From Selaginella moellendorffii (Eukaryota > Plantae > Lycopodiophyta): 64,000 nucleotides of DNA. The stretch lies in NCBI RefSeq assembly GCF_000143415.4, contig NW_003314370.1, forward strand, positions 186,001 through 250,000, read 5' to 3'. Each line of letters begins with the position of its first letter. The stretch's first letter is position 1. Below the pieces are notes generated by a model that had not been told where the DNA came from, searched no databases, and saw nothing but the letters and a program-made list of their open reading frames with translations. This document shows, one piece after another, positions 47,143-58,790 of this stretch. The translations under genes were made by a program, and so were the position numbers.

Positions 47143-48190
47143 CTAGTAGAGCGCCAAGATGTGGGCAATGTCATCGTCCTGGTCGTGGATGCCGAGACCA
47201 TAGCACCAGCCCTCGATCACGTCATAAACATCCGGAAACTCTTCCTGGATCACCGAGAGCATGTACTTCATCCTCCAGTAGCCCCGGACTCGCTGGTTGA
47301 GGAGGTACTTCCATGCCCCGGCATCGTAGTAGCAGCACTGGAGGATCGCCCGGTAGCCATAGCAGTAATCGTCGTAGATCTTGCGGAGGCCGTCGATCGC
47401 GAGCGCGTCGGCGAGCTGGTTTTGTTCGCGGCGGACGTGATCGGTGGCATAGATGTCGAAGCAGTCGAGTAGATCCATCACCTCGGACAAGTAGCGGCGC
47501 AGCGTCGGGTTCCTGGCTTTGTAAATTCCTCGAACCTGGAAAACTTATAAACGTCAGAGCTGTGATCGTGATCTTCAAGCTCACTTTCGATAGATCGATG
47601 ATGATTGGAGTAGTGAGCGAGATGGAATGGCTATAGAAAACGAAAAATTAGAACCGACAAGTGAAGGGATGGGAAGCGTGTGTGATCAATGCTTCCAGTA
47701 CCTTTACCTCTTTCCAAAGTGTGAGGGACTGACAGTGTGATCAATTTTTCTCTCCTCCCAAAAAAGCAAAGGAAAAGAATACCATGCATGGATTGGCGCA
47801 CTAGAACTTCTCGATCGCTGCTCAAGCACTAGAACTTCGAGATGACTGCTCAACTACTAGAACTTCTAGATCACTGATCAAGCACTAGAAGCGCGATGAC
47901 TAGATACTAGTGAGGACCAAAAGATAGAACCGGAATACCTGATAGACGACGAGCTCGGAATCGCCCCGGATGTAGATGTTCTTGATGTTTATGGCCCTCG
48001 CCTTGCGTAGCCCAGCAATGAGCGCCTTGTACTCGGCCTGATTGTTGGTAAAATCATATCCCAGGAACTCGGACGCCTGGACGAGAGGCGCGCCGCGAGG
48101 ATCTTGCAGCACGAATCCATAGCCCGCCACGGTCGATCCCGTGCCGTTGCCTCTGGATGCGCCATCGAACCACAGAGAACAGTAGGACAT
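47143..48190 (-). CDS. stand-alone ribonuclease H (plant RNH1/archaeal-type domain) with ~85-aa C-terminal extension (214 aa, 2 exons)
   Basis: Exons 48190-47939 and 47535-47143. Catalytic D-E-D-D intact: WFDGASRGN, TNNQAEY, RGDSELV, NQLADALA. Confidence 0.88.
47798..47890 (+). repeat. 28-bp tandem repeat (~3.3 copies) in the RNase H intron
   Basis: GCACTAGAACTTCTCGATCGCTGCTCAA / GCACTAGAACTTCGAGATGACTGCTCAA / CTACTAGAACTTCTAGATCACTGATCAA / GCACTAGAA. Confidence 0.9.
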
Positions 48191-48574
48191 CTCTCTACAG
48201 CCCGCAGCCGATCGCTGGAGTTTTGCGCTACACCGATGCGCTCATCGGAAGAACCCTAACAACAAATGCGAAGATAGAATATTCGAGTATCCACGTTTAA
48301 CGGGGCAAAATCTTTCTTGACCAGCGCCGTTAGATTCTCCCGCGCGATGCCGTCGGTTCACCGGCGCCCTTTCGCCATCCAACGGTGGAGGGCTGCTTTC
48401 TTCCACCGGAGGGAAAACTCCAAGGTAGGAAAAATAGGCTTTCAGAGTAGTAGTGGGAAGGAGAAGGCGCCATGTTCTAGGAGGGCTAGATTTCACTAGG
48501 GCGCTCTCGAGGCAGCGAAGAACAGCACAGCGCGATGAAGAACACCAAGAACACCAACAACAAATCCACGGTAA

Positions 48575-50298
48575 ATGTCCAGGGACGGGTTTCCACAACC
48601 CGGAACTCGAATTCCTCCGTTCTTGGATGCCGCCGGCTTGTTCAGCGAGCTCCAGGATGACGAGGTAGGCCGCGGCCATGGAGACAACGCTCGAAACGGC
48701 CTCGAAATCCATGGATTTCCGGCCATCGGGCAGAGGAATCCCCTGGAGCGCGAGGATTACACGGCGTGGCCGTCGCTCCCCGGGGCTTGCGAATTCCGGG
48801 AGAAATCGTGCTCCTGGGCGGCAGAATCGTGCCCCTGGCAGGGAAATTTCGGGAGATCCACGTCCAGGTTTAGTCTCGGTGACTCGCAGTGGCCATCGCT
48901 CGCTCCGCGGCAACAAGAGAGGTTTAGCGGCGTTTTAGAGCGTAATTCCCTGGCTACTCGCATCGCGGATGAGCGCGAGGATATTCTAGGCACCAAAGGT
49001 CCCACTCAGCAAAGCCACCAACAGCTGGGAGGAGAAGATGAAAGAAATGGAGGAGATGGATTCTCGCTAGCAGGGAGGAGACTTGGAATTGAGAGTGGTG
49101 GTAGCAGTGGCAAAGGATGGATGCGGCTGCCTCCCATTCTCATGCCTTCTTCGCACCAGCAGCAGCAGCAAAAGAGGTGTCGCCAAGCTGCCTTTGACAA
49201 CTCTTCCAATCCATCATCGCCGGAGGAGCCGAATGGTTTTGCGAGCCGAGATGCTGGGAAGGGGGCCCCGTCCGCGCCACCACCACCACCATCCGGCTAC
49301 TTGCCCCCTGTCTATCTCATGCTCAACAAGGACTTCGTCGTCATCTCGCCGCTGAAGGAGAATCTGCTGCTCACGCTAGCTCTTGCGGAGCACAGGAGAC
49401 CCTCTACCCCTCCAAGCTTCGACGAGGCATCTTCCGCGGCGGATTTGTTCGAGACATCGCCGGAAGTAACAGAAGTAGCACGAGTTGCTGCTGCTGCTGC
49501 TACTGCTACTGCTACTACTGCTGTGGGAGATGCCAAGCGCAGGCAAGTTTTCGTTGGAAGGTTTGAGGCGTTCTCGTCCTTCGTGAAATTCGGGCTGGGA
49601 CGAGATGCCATGCGCGTGGCCACTGAAAGCAATGCCGGGGGAACTTCTACCATCTCTGAGGTAAGTACAAGAATATATGTTATCATATTTTCTGTTTTAT
49701 AGTGGTTTCTGGCGATGGACTCCTCGTGCATGCAGTCCCTCTCGGTGGAGTATTTCGTGAGGAAGTTCAAAGCCACGGACGTGGTGACGGAGATGGAGGT
49801 GGAGTACTGCGCCATGAACTGGAAGAAGGTGGATTACATTTGCAACCTGTATGGCCAGAGAGTCGGAGTTTCGGTCACCAGGGCGATGTCTTACCCGAAT
49901 CCAGAAGACTTCTCCCCGCAGATGGCTTACAGGCTGCTCTACAAGAAACTCTTTGGACTGGTAAGAGCGAAATTTTTCTACTCTTGGAACTTTGCTAAAT
50001 CTCATCCCGCACAGGTTGTGGCGAGGCATGGAGTGACGGACAGGCACAGCTTCTCCCAGTGTGTTCTTCATGTGTGGTGCGAGACGACGACCACTGCAAA
50101 GCTTCTCCAGGCCCAGTACAAAGGTATGCGCCCCTCACAAAACTTTAGAAAATTTCCTTTTGTTTCTAACCTTGTGGTTTTCTTTCAGAGGTTTCCGAGG
50201 AGCTAGACATCACGGACGATGTAATAATGGTGCTCACAGTAGCCGAAGGCTGGCATGCCCGCCCGATCTTCTACGAATCGTGCTTGGTTAGAGACTAA
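48575..50298 (+). CDS. AAC4-like protein (Dictyostelium 'AAC-rich clone AAC4' family), long disordered N-terminus, 4 exons
   Basis: With intron 49661-49735 removed: NAGGTSTISESLSVEYF...TEMEVEY...KKVDYICNLYGQRVGVSVTRAM...RLLYKKLFGL...VLHVWC. Stop at 50298. Confidence 0.75.
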
Positions 50299-50429
50299 CT
50301 TTGCATAATTTATGTTGGATTTTCACTGCAAAATTTTCTTACCTCTGAGATGATCTTTCTTTCCTTGTCCTACCGATTCGGCAGCCTTGAAAACACCGTA
50401 GAGCTTTTCACGGAGTTGGAGCGATCCAC

Positions 50430-52114
50430 TCACTGCAAGAATCTCCACCGACACCTGTGAGAGCCCTCCTCTTCGTACTGTTTCTTTGTCACCGAGCAGC
50501 CTTGAAACTCAGGACTAGAAGCTAGCAGGGCTCCTCCATACCATGGAGCTTTGATCGGGCTACACAAGCAAGTAAAAACAGAGGCAGAGTAAATCCCCCT
50601 TAATCCTTTTTTTCATTTGAAGCTAACCTGTCTGTGAGTTGGATATTGAGGTTGTATTCATCAGGTACCAAAGGTCTGAGCTCGCTTTCCCTGTGTCACA
50701 AAATGGAAGAACAGGGAAGTTCGTGAAAGTCTCAAAGCAGAAACTTTGAGATCCTTACAGTTTCTCCTTGAAAAATGGGAACTGGACGCATCCTCCAGTC
50801 AGTATGATGCTGTAAAAAACTCGGTTAAACAGCACTTCAAAGCGTAAAGAAATGTACTTGGAGTAGAGCAAAGGATGAAGATCCGGGTGGCAAGAGTTGA
50901 TAGCTCGGACGATGCATTCGGAAAGCCCAGCTTCCTCCATGCCTTCAATTAAGCAGCAGTGATGTGTCAGCTTTTCACTAAAAAACTGAAAAGTTCACGG
51001 CCATACCAAGATCTGCGGGCTGGAACAACATCTCGGGCACCATGAATCGCTCGTTGGTCAGTGTAAGTTCCTGTCCAATTCATCCAGAGATAGTCAAAGA
51101 ACAAATGAAAGAAAGTTCCAAGTTACCTGATCATCAGCAACAGGAATAGCATTTCGTCGATTTGGATCTGAAGCTTCCGCAGCCTCGTCCACAGCGGCAT
51201 CAACATCCATCGGAGCTTGGGCCTCTTCTTTCTCTTCTCCCTGTTGCTCTCCACCTTGCTTGGAAAAATAAGCGGCAGCGGCAGCGGGATCCTTGACAAA
51301 TCCACGTTTGTTCTTGACACCATCCGGAAGAACGTACTGGCAGCGGATATAGTTCTCCCGTCCCTTCTTCCTGAATCCACCACTGTGTAAAAACGAGAGG
51401 AAAAGCTTTACATCGAGAACACCACCTTGCCACGTCGAGGTCGCCAAGAACATTCTTGGAGCAAAAGCACAGTGAATGCTTCACATCCTCCATGATATAA
51501 GTCTCGTCCATGACATTCCAGGCCCTGTAGGAAACGAGCTCCTTGAGATAATTCGTGAGAGCTTTGCCGCCGAGATTGATCCTCTTGATGCCATGGTAGA
51601 CTGGAAATCCTTGCACGATTGGCACGGCGTGCGTGAAGGAGAATCCGCAATCCACCACCAAGCTGCAATTCCCGAGAGCCAGCCTGCTCTTGGGCCTCCG
51701 ATTTGCTTCGTATAAGTGGACCAGCGGCGCGGCGTGAGAGACGAAGAGGCTCTGGAATCCAAACTCCTCAAACACGAGCTCGTCGGTGTTCTTGCGGATG
51801 GCGCTCAGAGTGAAAGGGGGCTCGACGAGGAACAATGCCGTCTCCGGCGGGCGAATCTTGACGAGCGCCTTGAAGACACGGTCCCAGACCTCCTTCTCGG
51901 CATCGCAGTGGACGAGATAGCCGCGATCGAAGGGACGGCGGAGAGAAATACCTTGAATCTCGTCGCATTTCTCCAGCTGATCGGCGATTATCCATTTCTT
52001 GGAGCCGCGTGGGCGAGCTAGGCAGTTGGGGACGACGATTGGATCATCATGCGTGCCGACGATACCCGCCTTGACAAAACCCCCGCCGTTGTCGAGGACG
52101 AGAATGTCGTCCAT
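50430..52114 (-). CDS. ARP6: actin-related protein 6 (SWR1 complex), multi-exon
   Basis: LVLDNGGGFVKAG, RRPFDRGYLV, LVVDCGFSFTHAVP, GGKALTNYLKELVSYR, LTNERFMVPEMLFQPADLG, WYGGALLAS. Confidence 0.95.
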
Positions 52115-52154
52115 GAAAGGAGACCTAAAATAAAAACCCTAAAACAGAGGATGT

Positions 52155-52227
52155 TACCGTCCGTGGGGTTCGAACCCACGACCATGTGATTAAAAGCCAC
52201 GTGCTCTGCCAGCTGAGCTAGGACGGC
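52155..52227 (-). tRNA. trnK-UUU: tRNA-Lys(UUU), with stem mismatches (possibly decaying)
   Basis: GCCGTCCTAGCTCAGCTGGCAGAGCACGTGGCTTTTAATCACATGGTCGTGGGTTCGAACCCCACGGACGGTA folds as a cloverleaf with anticodon TTT, A and B boxes, and a T4 run ~10 nt downstream. Confidence 0.88.
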
Positions 52228-53095
52228 AAGGTCAAACTAATGCATCCCACCAATTTCCTCCAGCCCAGTGTAGCAATCATATGTTACTCAGAGCTTTTTT
52301 CTATAAGAGAGAGATTGATAAACTTCTTCTTCATTGAAGAGGATTGTAAGCAACTAGGGTATAGTATTATAGATTAAATAAATTTGTTCCAGGGAACTAG
52401 CCTAAACTAGCAAATTTTTCTCAACCAAGAACAAGAACAATTTCTCTTGGTATACACACTTGGTATATGCAATTAATTTGTTAGGCACAACCAAGGTAAA
52501 TTGTCAATTATCTTGAGTCAAAGCCTATGTGATAAAGAATACAAGAAAATGTGGCATGGGGGGAAGATAAAGTGGCTGAGGTTAGGCTAGTACATCAGAA
52601 TTCCCATTAAACAACATATTGTTCCAAAAGTGACTTGGCAGTGCCCCTCCCTTTTAGTTTTTTACCCTTTTCTGTAAATTTGTGCCATGTTCTCCCACCT
52701 TCGCCCATAACTCCCACACCTCCCACCCACATTAGAAATACTAAATTAGTTATGAATCACTGCAACTATATCTTATAGCAATTGACTTCAAAAGTAGCAT
52801 CCAAACTATTAAAAACATGTTCAATCATTTTTTATATCACCAAGTTTAAGTTGGATGCCAGCTCCTTCTTGGTAGAAACACTTTTTTTAATTAACAAACT
52901 TCTAAATACAAACACTTTGAGCATAATTTGGATAACACTAATTGCTAGATAAAGTTGCATACTTCCTTGATAAGTTGTTGATGTCTTAGAAGCTCATGAA
53001 ATTATCATAATATGAATCCTCACAAATACATTTATTTCCAACCACTATAGTGATGTCTTTATTATAAATTTGATTTAGTCTATGATTATAAGGAT

Positions 53096-53466
53096 TATAA
53101 CACACATGGTTTTACCCTTTATCCTATGGTGATTTACTATAGGATAACACCATGAAGTGGAACCTAAACCTTCCATGTGCCACATGTTACATGCCACATG
53201 TCCATAGGACAGTAGTATAGAATTCAAGGTTCAGAGCCTTGAGCCACTAAATGAAGGAATGGTGCCAAACTTTTAAGCATGAAGCCAAGGAGTGATTGAA
53301 CTGGACCACAGAGCAACTTCCAAGCATACAACCCAATGAGTGAAGGGACAGGAGCCTGGAGTGACTTAAAACAATCCTAGAACAACCAGCATCCTAATGC
53401 CAGGACTAATACGCAAAACAGAGTTAAACGAAACCTAGCGCTATTTCGGCATACCGGTGGCTTAAC
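53096..53466 (+). mobile_element. degenerate 5' part of the LTR family also seen at 61565 and 31509
   Basis: CACATGGTTTTACCCTTTATCCTATGGTGATTTACTATAGGATAACAC...GGCATACCGGTGGCTTAAC is collinear with 61565-61940. Confidence 0.85.
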
Positions 53467-54139
53467 ACATTTCTCCCATCCACATAACATCAAATTAGTA
53501 CTTAAATGTTATGTATAAAAGAAAAAATATGATTTTTTACATAACAAAATGATGGAATGTATATAATGGTCTCAATATCATATTTCTTACAAACTTTCAT
53601 AGTAACTATAACTTGCATTTTTTGGAAATCACAATCCAAGATACACATAATAGTTAGTCCTAAATAAATAAAAAGAATAGGATAGATTATTGCAACAACC
53701 AAAATGTAAATAAAGCATAACTTACCAAGTACACTCATTATTGTTTATTTCAACACATGGTAAAATTATTAAATAGATTAACCATTCCAAGTGCTTCCAG
53801 TGGCGTTGATCATCCATAACTTGTTAGCTCCATCTATTGAAGCACAATAGTTCCACCGATAATGCTTACCAATTTAATATTTTTTATGACTATCTAATGT
53901 ATGAGTTCCACATAAACTCAATCATTGATATTGGCTTTTTATAAATTCTCCCAAGAAGCACGTCCCAAATGAAAAAAGTTGTATCAGTATTATAACTAAA
54001 GCTATAGCTCCATTATGGCTATAATTGCTACCTCCACTATAGCCACAACCACTGCTTAGTCTTAGAGTTTTGAGAGCTCATACTATTATTAACATTGTTA
54101 CTAGTTAATGTAAATAAAGATCTCACTAATAAATATATA

Positions 54140-54910
54140 TAATTTACCACAACTTTTGTGATTTGAATTATTGTTCCACCTCTTAGCCCTCCCACCGCTA
54201 CAAGTGCTACACTAATACTCTTGCTAATTAATGCAAATAAAAATTTTATTAACAATTAAATACCTTTTGCCACAACCCTCATTGGAACTACTATTGGAAT
54301 TATTATTTTTTATCTTTTAACCCTCTTATTTTTATAGGTGTTACTATTAGTATTTTGCTATTTAATGCAAAGAAAAATCTTACTGATAAACACATATCTT
54401 GTTTTATAATTCCCGCTAGAATTGCTAATCTACCTTTTAGCCCTCTCACTACTATAAGTGTTACTTTTAATATTCTTGCTAATAATGTAAATAAAGATTT
54501 TTATCATAAATACATACCTTTTGCCACAACTTCTATTGGAAACATTCTTTTGCCTCTTAACCCTCCCATTATTATAAATGTTTTTGTTAGTATTCTTGCT
54601 AATTAATGCAATAAAAATGTTTATTGACAAATACATACATTTTGTCACAATTCTTGTTGAAATTATTACTCAACATCTCAGCCTTTTTGTAGTTATAGTT
54701 CTTGTTGCAAGGAAATATCTTAGTGAGAACACATATCTTTTACCATAACTCTTATTAAAACTATCACTTTACCTCTCAACACTTTTGTTATTACATTTGT
54801 TAATATTAATGTTTTTGTTAGTTAATATAAAGAAACATTTTCCTTATAAACATATACCTCCTACTTTATCTATTGAAATTGCCCTTGTTCCAAACCCTCC
54901 CATTGTTATT
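54140..54910. repeat. degenerate ~120-bp minisatellite, about 6-7 units
   Basis: Recurring CATAYCTTTTGYCACAAYTC...CCTCTYAACCCT...TATTCTTGCTAATTAATGCAA blocks at ~120-bp spacing. Confidence 0.7.
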
Positions 54911-57900
54911 CTTGTTAAAGGAGCATTAACTGGAATTATTTTTAATCAAGAATAGTTTATTGATAAATATTTTTGTATTGCTCCAAAATCTCTTAAGGCT
55001 GTTCCGCCTACTACTAATGGCATATTAACCCTAAGTAACGAAAAAAAAATATCATTTCCTACCTACTACTTTCTTTGGTGGTTTGTAGTAAACAAAAACT
55101 AAGATGACCATTATCTTGTTAATTTTCCTTCCATAATACTTTAAACTAGCAAGATAAATTTTATATTTTGGGCATTGATTGCCCAAATATACAAAAGTTC
55201 TTTCATAAAAAACTTTAGGACATTGTGAAAAAGTTACTTCCACTACAACAACCATATTATCAATTAAGCCATCTTTGAGGAGAGGAATTACATTTACACT
55301 AATAACTTTTACAAAACATATGCAATATAAATATTTTCTTCTCTAAATTAATAGTAGATTTGATAACAACAATCAATAAACCTCCTATTTAGGCAAATAA
55401 TGAATACCAACAATTATCTATATTTTAGAGTGCAATTGAAATTTAACTCTTCAACTATTATACTATCTAATATTTGTTTTATCCTTTTTTAACAACAATG
55501 AAAGCTATTTTAATTTTTTCTCTTCCTCTTTATATCCTATCTGAATAGTGAACTCAATTAAACAACTTTCTAAGGGCTTACAATGTTTTAATCAATTCTA
55601 AACTTTGTACCACTTGTAGGAGTTTTGGGCCATTGACCAACTTTAATAGGCATGGGTGAGAGCATGTCATGTAAAATAAAAAGGTAGAATAGTCTATACT
55701 TGGAAATTCCTTTAACATACTATTATTAATGGATATAGGGGGCTGCTAATAGCCAAATTGAGTTAATAAAAAAGTCACAGCCTATTAAAATAACACCCAA
55801 ACTAAGCCAGTTAGGTATTAGTCAAGCAAGTAATGTTTAACGGGATGTGCTTATGAACCACTTTAACAGGCATATCCTAAGTCTATTGAGGTAGTACATG
55901 TGGCACTTAATCATTGTTAATTTAATCAAATCTTACTATATATACTAAAGTACAACCTTAGTATGATTTTCCTACTCAATCTAGTAAGGCACTTTAAATT
56001 ATTTGCACAACTTCATGGATTTTCTATGGCTCATGGCATGGTATAAAAATTCATTTAGCACATTCAATTTTGCTCAATCTAGGGTTTATGGTTACTAAAG
56101 TTTTTAAGTATTTGAAAGAAAGGTTGAAGTCTATTGAGATTGTGTGAATTATTGTAATGCTTTCTTGTAAAAGTTAAATGGACAAGATTAGTATTAGAGT
56201 TGATAACCAATTAAAAATTTAACACATATATTTTTCAATGAATCATGCTATTGTGTAATCAATATGTATTGTGTAATAAATAATTAAAAAAGCCACATTA
56301 ATGCCTCATTTAGTGAGGAGCTAGTGAATTGTGTAATTATAAAATACATCTTTATATTGTGGCTTAAAAGGCTAACTTTTACTTATACACTCTCCCAATT
56401 CTACTGATGAAGCATGGCCTAGCCAAAAAACATGTATTAAAGAAATATTTCAACTCTAACCTATTATAAATTAGGCTGCAGAGTAATAATATCAAACATC
56501 TCCTTGATATTTATGCTCTTTACACTAAAACAATTATAAAATTTGTGTTTCAACCATTACATTTATGAAAGAACTTGGTGTCTTTTTGTGCACTTAACTC
56601 AAGTGTCATGGTGGCATATTATAGAATAGCAACACTACAACATAGTAAAACTTGAGCTATTTTGGGTGTTTAACTGAATGGTATTGTTGTTATATTATAT
56701 ATTAGTGGTGTCAATCCACTATTATTAATTCTTTAGTAGTTAATATATAAAGATCAACTCAATTTTCAATAGCAAGATGTTTAATTGATTTACTCTAAGT
56801 TGTTAAATAATTCCATAGGAGTAAGTGGAGTGGAATTACTTCCCTTTGGAAAGGTATTTACTAATACTATTATACACTAGCACTCATAAATTGAAAAATG
56901 AAAGCATGGTTTATATATGTTAACACTTTTTATCAACTATATGGCCAAGTGTTATTACATTTGGTGAAAAAGATCTTGTTATAACTCTTTAATGTTGTTA
57001 TCCTCACCATCACCTTAGTATTTACTTTAGTGATGTTTGTGTTTTTTTGTTTTAAAGAGTTTCTTCTAGTGGTGGAAGAATATCCTCCTCTTCATTCACA
57101 AAGTCATCTTCTTTAATGATTTTTATTTTGGTTTGGTTTTTGTACAATTACCCTTGAGAGGAATTCAAAGAGTTATCATTTGTAGTAAAAATGTTTGTAG
57201 TATCTAAATTATAAGGACAATAACATATATTTATAAGAAGGATATTTAATCAAGAAAATGGTTTATGTTTGTGAATATTCCTTTTCTCAAGTGTTCAATT
57301 TTTTTAAAAATATTTTAGCCAATGTTTACTAGTGAAATGCTCTATAATATTATATAGATAAATTATCATCACCTAATTGTTATTGGCTTTGTTTGTTATG
57401 GCTCCCTATAAAGTTTGAGGAGAACAATAGTAAGCCTAGATGGAGTTGAGGCGAAAGTTTGTGGCTTTAGGATGGGTTTGGGTGCCATTGGACTGCCTCA
57501 AATGTTAAATAAACATTTCAAGATTAGTCATAGATAAAGGTGGAATTCTTGAGGTTTAAAATAATAGTAGAATCATATGTTAAACCATGCGCAATTGGAA
57601 AAGAATGTTATAGTATAAATTATCGTACATGAAACATTCTAAGATGTCCACCTTTAACTTGTTTAGTTCTATCACTTTTACTATTCCCTCTCTTTTCCAT
57701 AGTTTAGATGCCAAGTCTTGGTGAATGCAATCCACTTAATGATATAAGTTGTAGTGAATGGCTGGAGGACCAAGGATATTTGATAATAAAATGCCACTAA
57801 CAACTTTGGATCGGCTGCCATAACATTCATAACAATAAGACAAGGATTGCTGATTATTATTGGCATAGATGTGCATTGTAGTAATAAGTGGGGAGATAGT

Positions 57901-58680
57901 TTATCACCAAACCAAAAAAAAAAAAAAGTCAATAGTATCCAAAAAAAATAAAAATATAGTGGTATATCTATGGCTAAAATAGTAGCCAATCTTGAGGGTT
58001 GACTTAAATATTTATATTGACCCTTAAAGCAGCTATGAAATTCTAATGGGAAACGAGTTTGCTAGTGTCGCAACATTGTTAACTCAATTTACAGAAAAGA
58101 GCACATGGAAAATAATATTGAGCTAGGTTGTTTTTTACTCTAGGAGGTAGATGGCCATATAGCATCATTTGAGTGGCAGATGGAGTAGTGGCACTTGAAG
58201 TGACCAATTGAGTAGGGGTAGGTGCAAATGGGCTGTTAGTATCAACACTAAATAAACTTGTATGAACACATATCATAGTTGTGTTAGTGGCAATGCAACC
58301 AACTAAACACCACTATGGGCTTGGGGCATCTAGACTTGCTTGTTCTAGATGCTTGGGCTGCTACTTTCTAGAAAAGAGGGAGAGGAGAAAGAAACATATT
58401 ATAGGTTTAGCATATGTTGCAATATATGCAATATTAGACAATATTTCACTTGCTCAAACACAGTTAAGAGTTATAGGTGGATAGCATCAAAGTTAAGGTC
58501 TCCACTGTAGATTTTGGCAAATTGAGTAAATGGTTGGTTATCAAAGGTAATTGCACATTACCTTTGATTATGAAACATCAAGTGGTTGATTGCATGCTCA
58601 CTAAGCATTTTCTACATAGTGTCTATTGTTATAGGGGTGGGTGGGGCAAACTTGCAAAACAGAAAGGATTGGTTATACAA

Positions 58681-58790
58681 ATTTATATAATTGGGGACAA
58701 CATAACCACAATCATAGCTATAATGCTCTTGCTTGGGCAACAATTTTGTGATTATAGAAAAGCCTCCAATGTTGTTTGTGTGGTAATTGT
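58681..58790 (-). mobile_element. Ulp1/C48 protease relic, probably from a decayed DNA transposon (MULE/CACTA/Helitron)
   Basis: Minus strand reads LPKQEHYSYDCGYVVPNYINL, matching the PxQx(3-5)DCG catalytic-Cys motif. Flanks are AT-rich and full of stops. Confidence 0.45.

Noticed and set aside
47798-47890. 28-bp repeats as a CRISPR array
   Set aside because: Head-to-tail units with no spacers, inside a eukaryotic intron, and no cas genes.
48242-48916. 224-aa antisense ORF between RNase H and the AAC4-like gene
   Set aside because: Low-complexity shadow of a GC-rich promoter and exon; no motifs.
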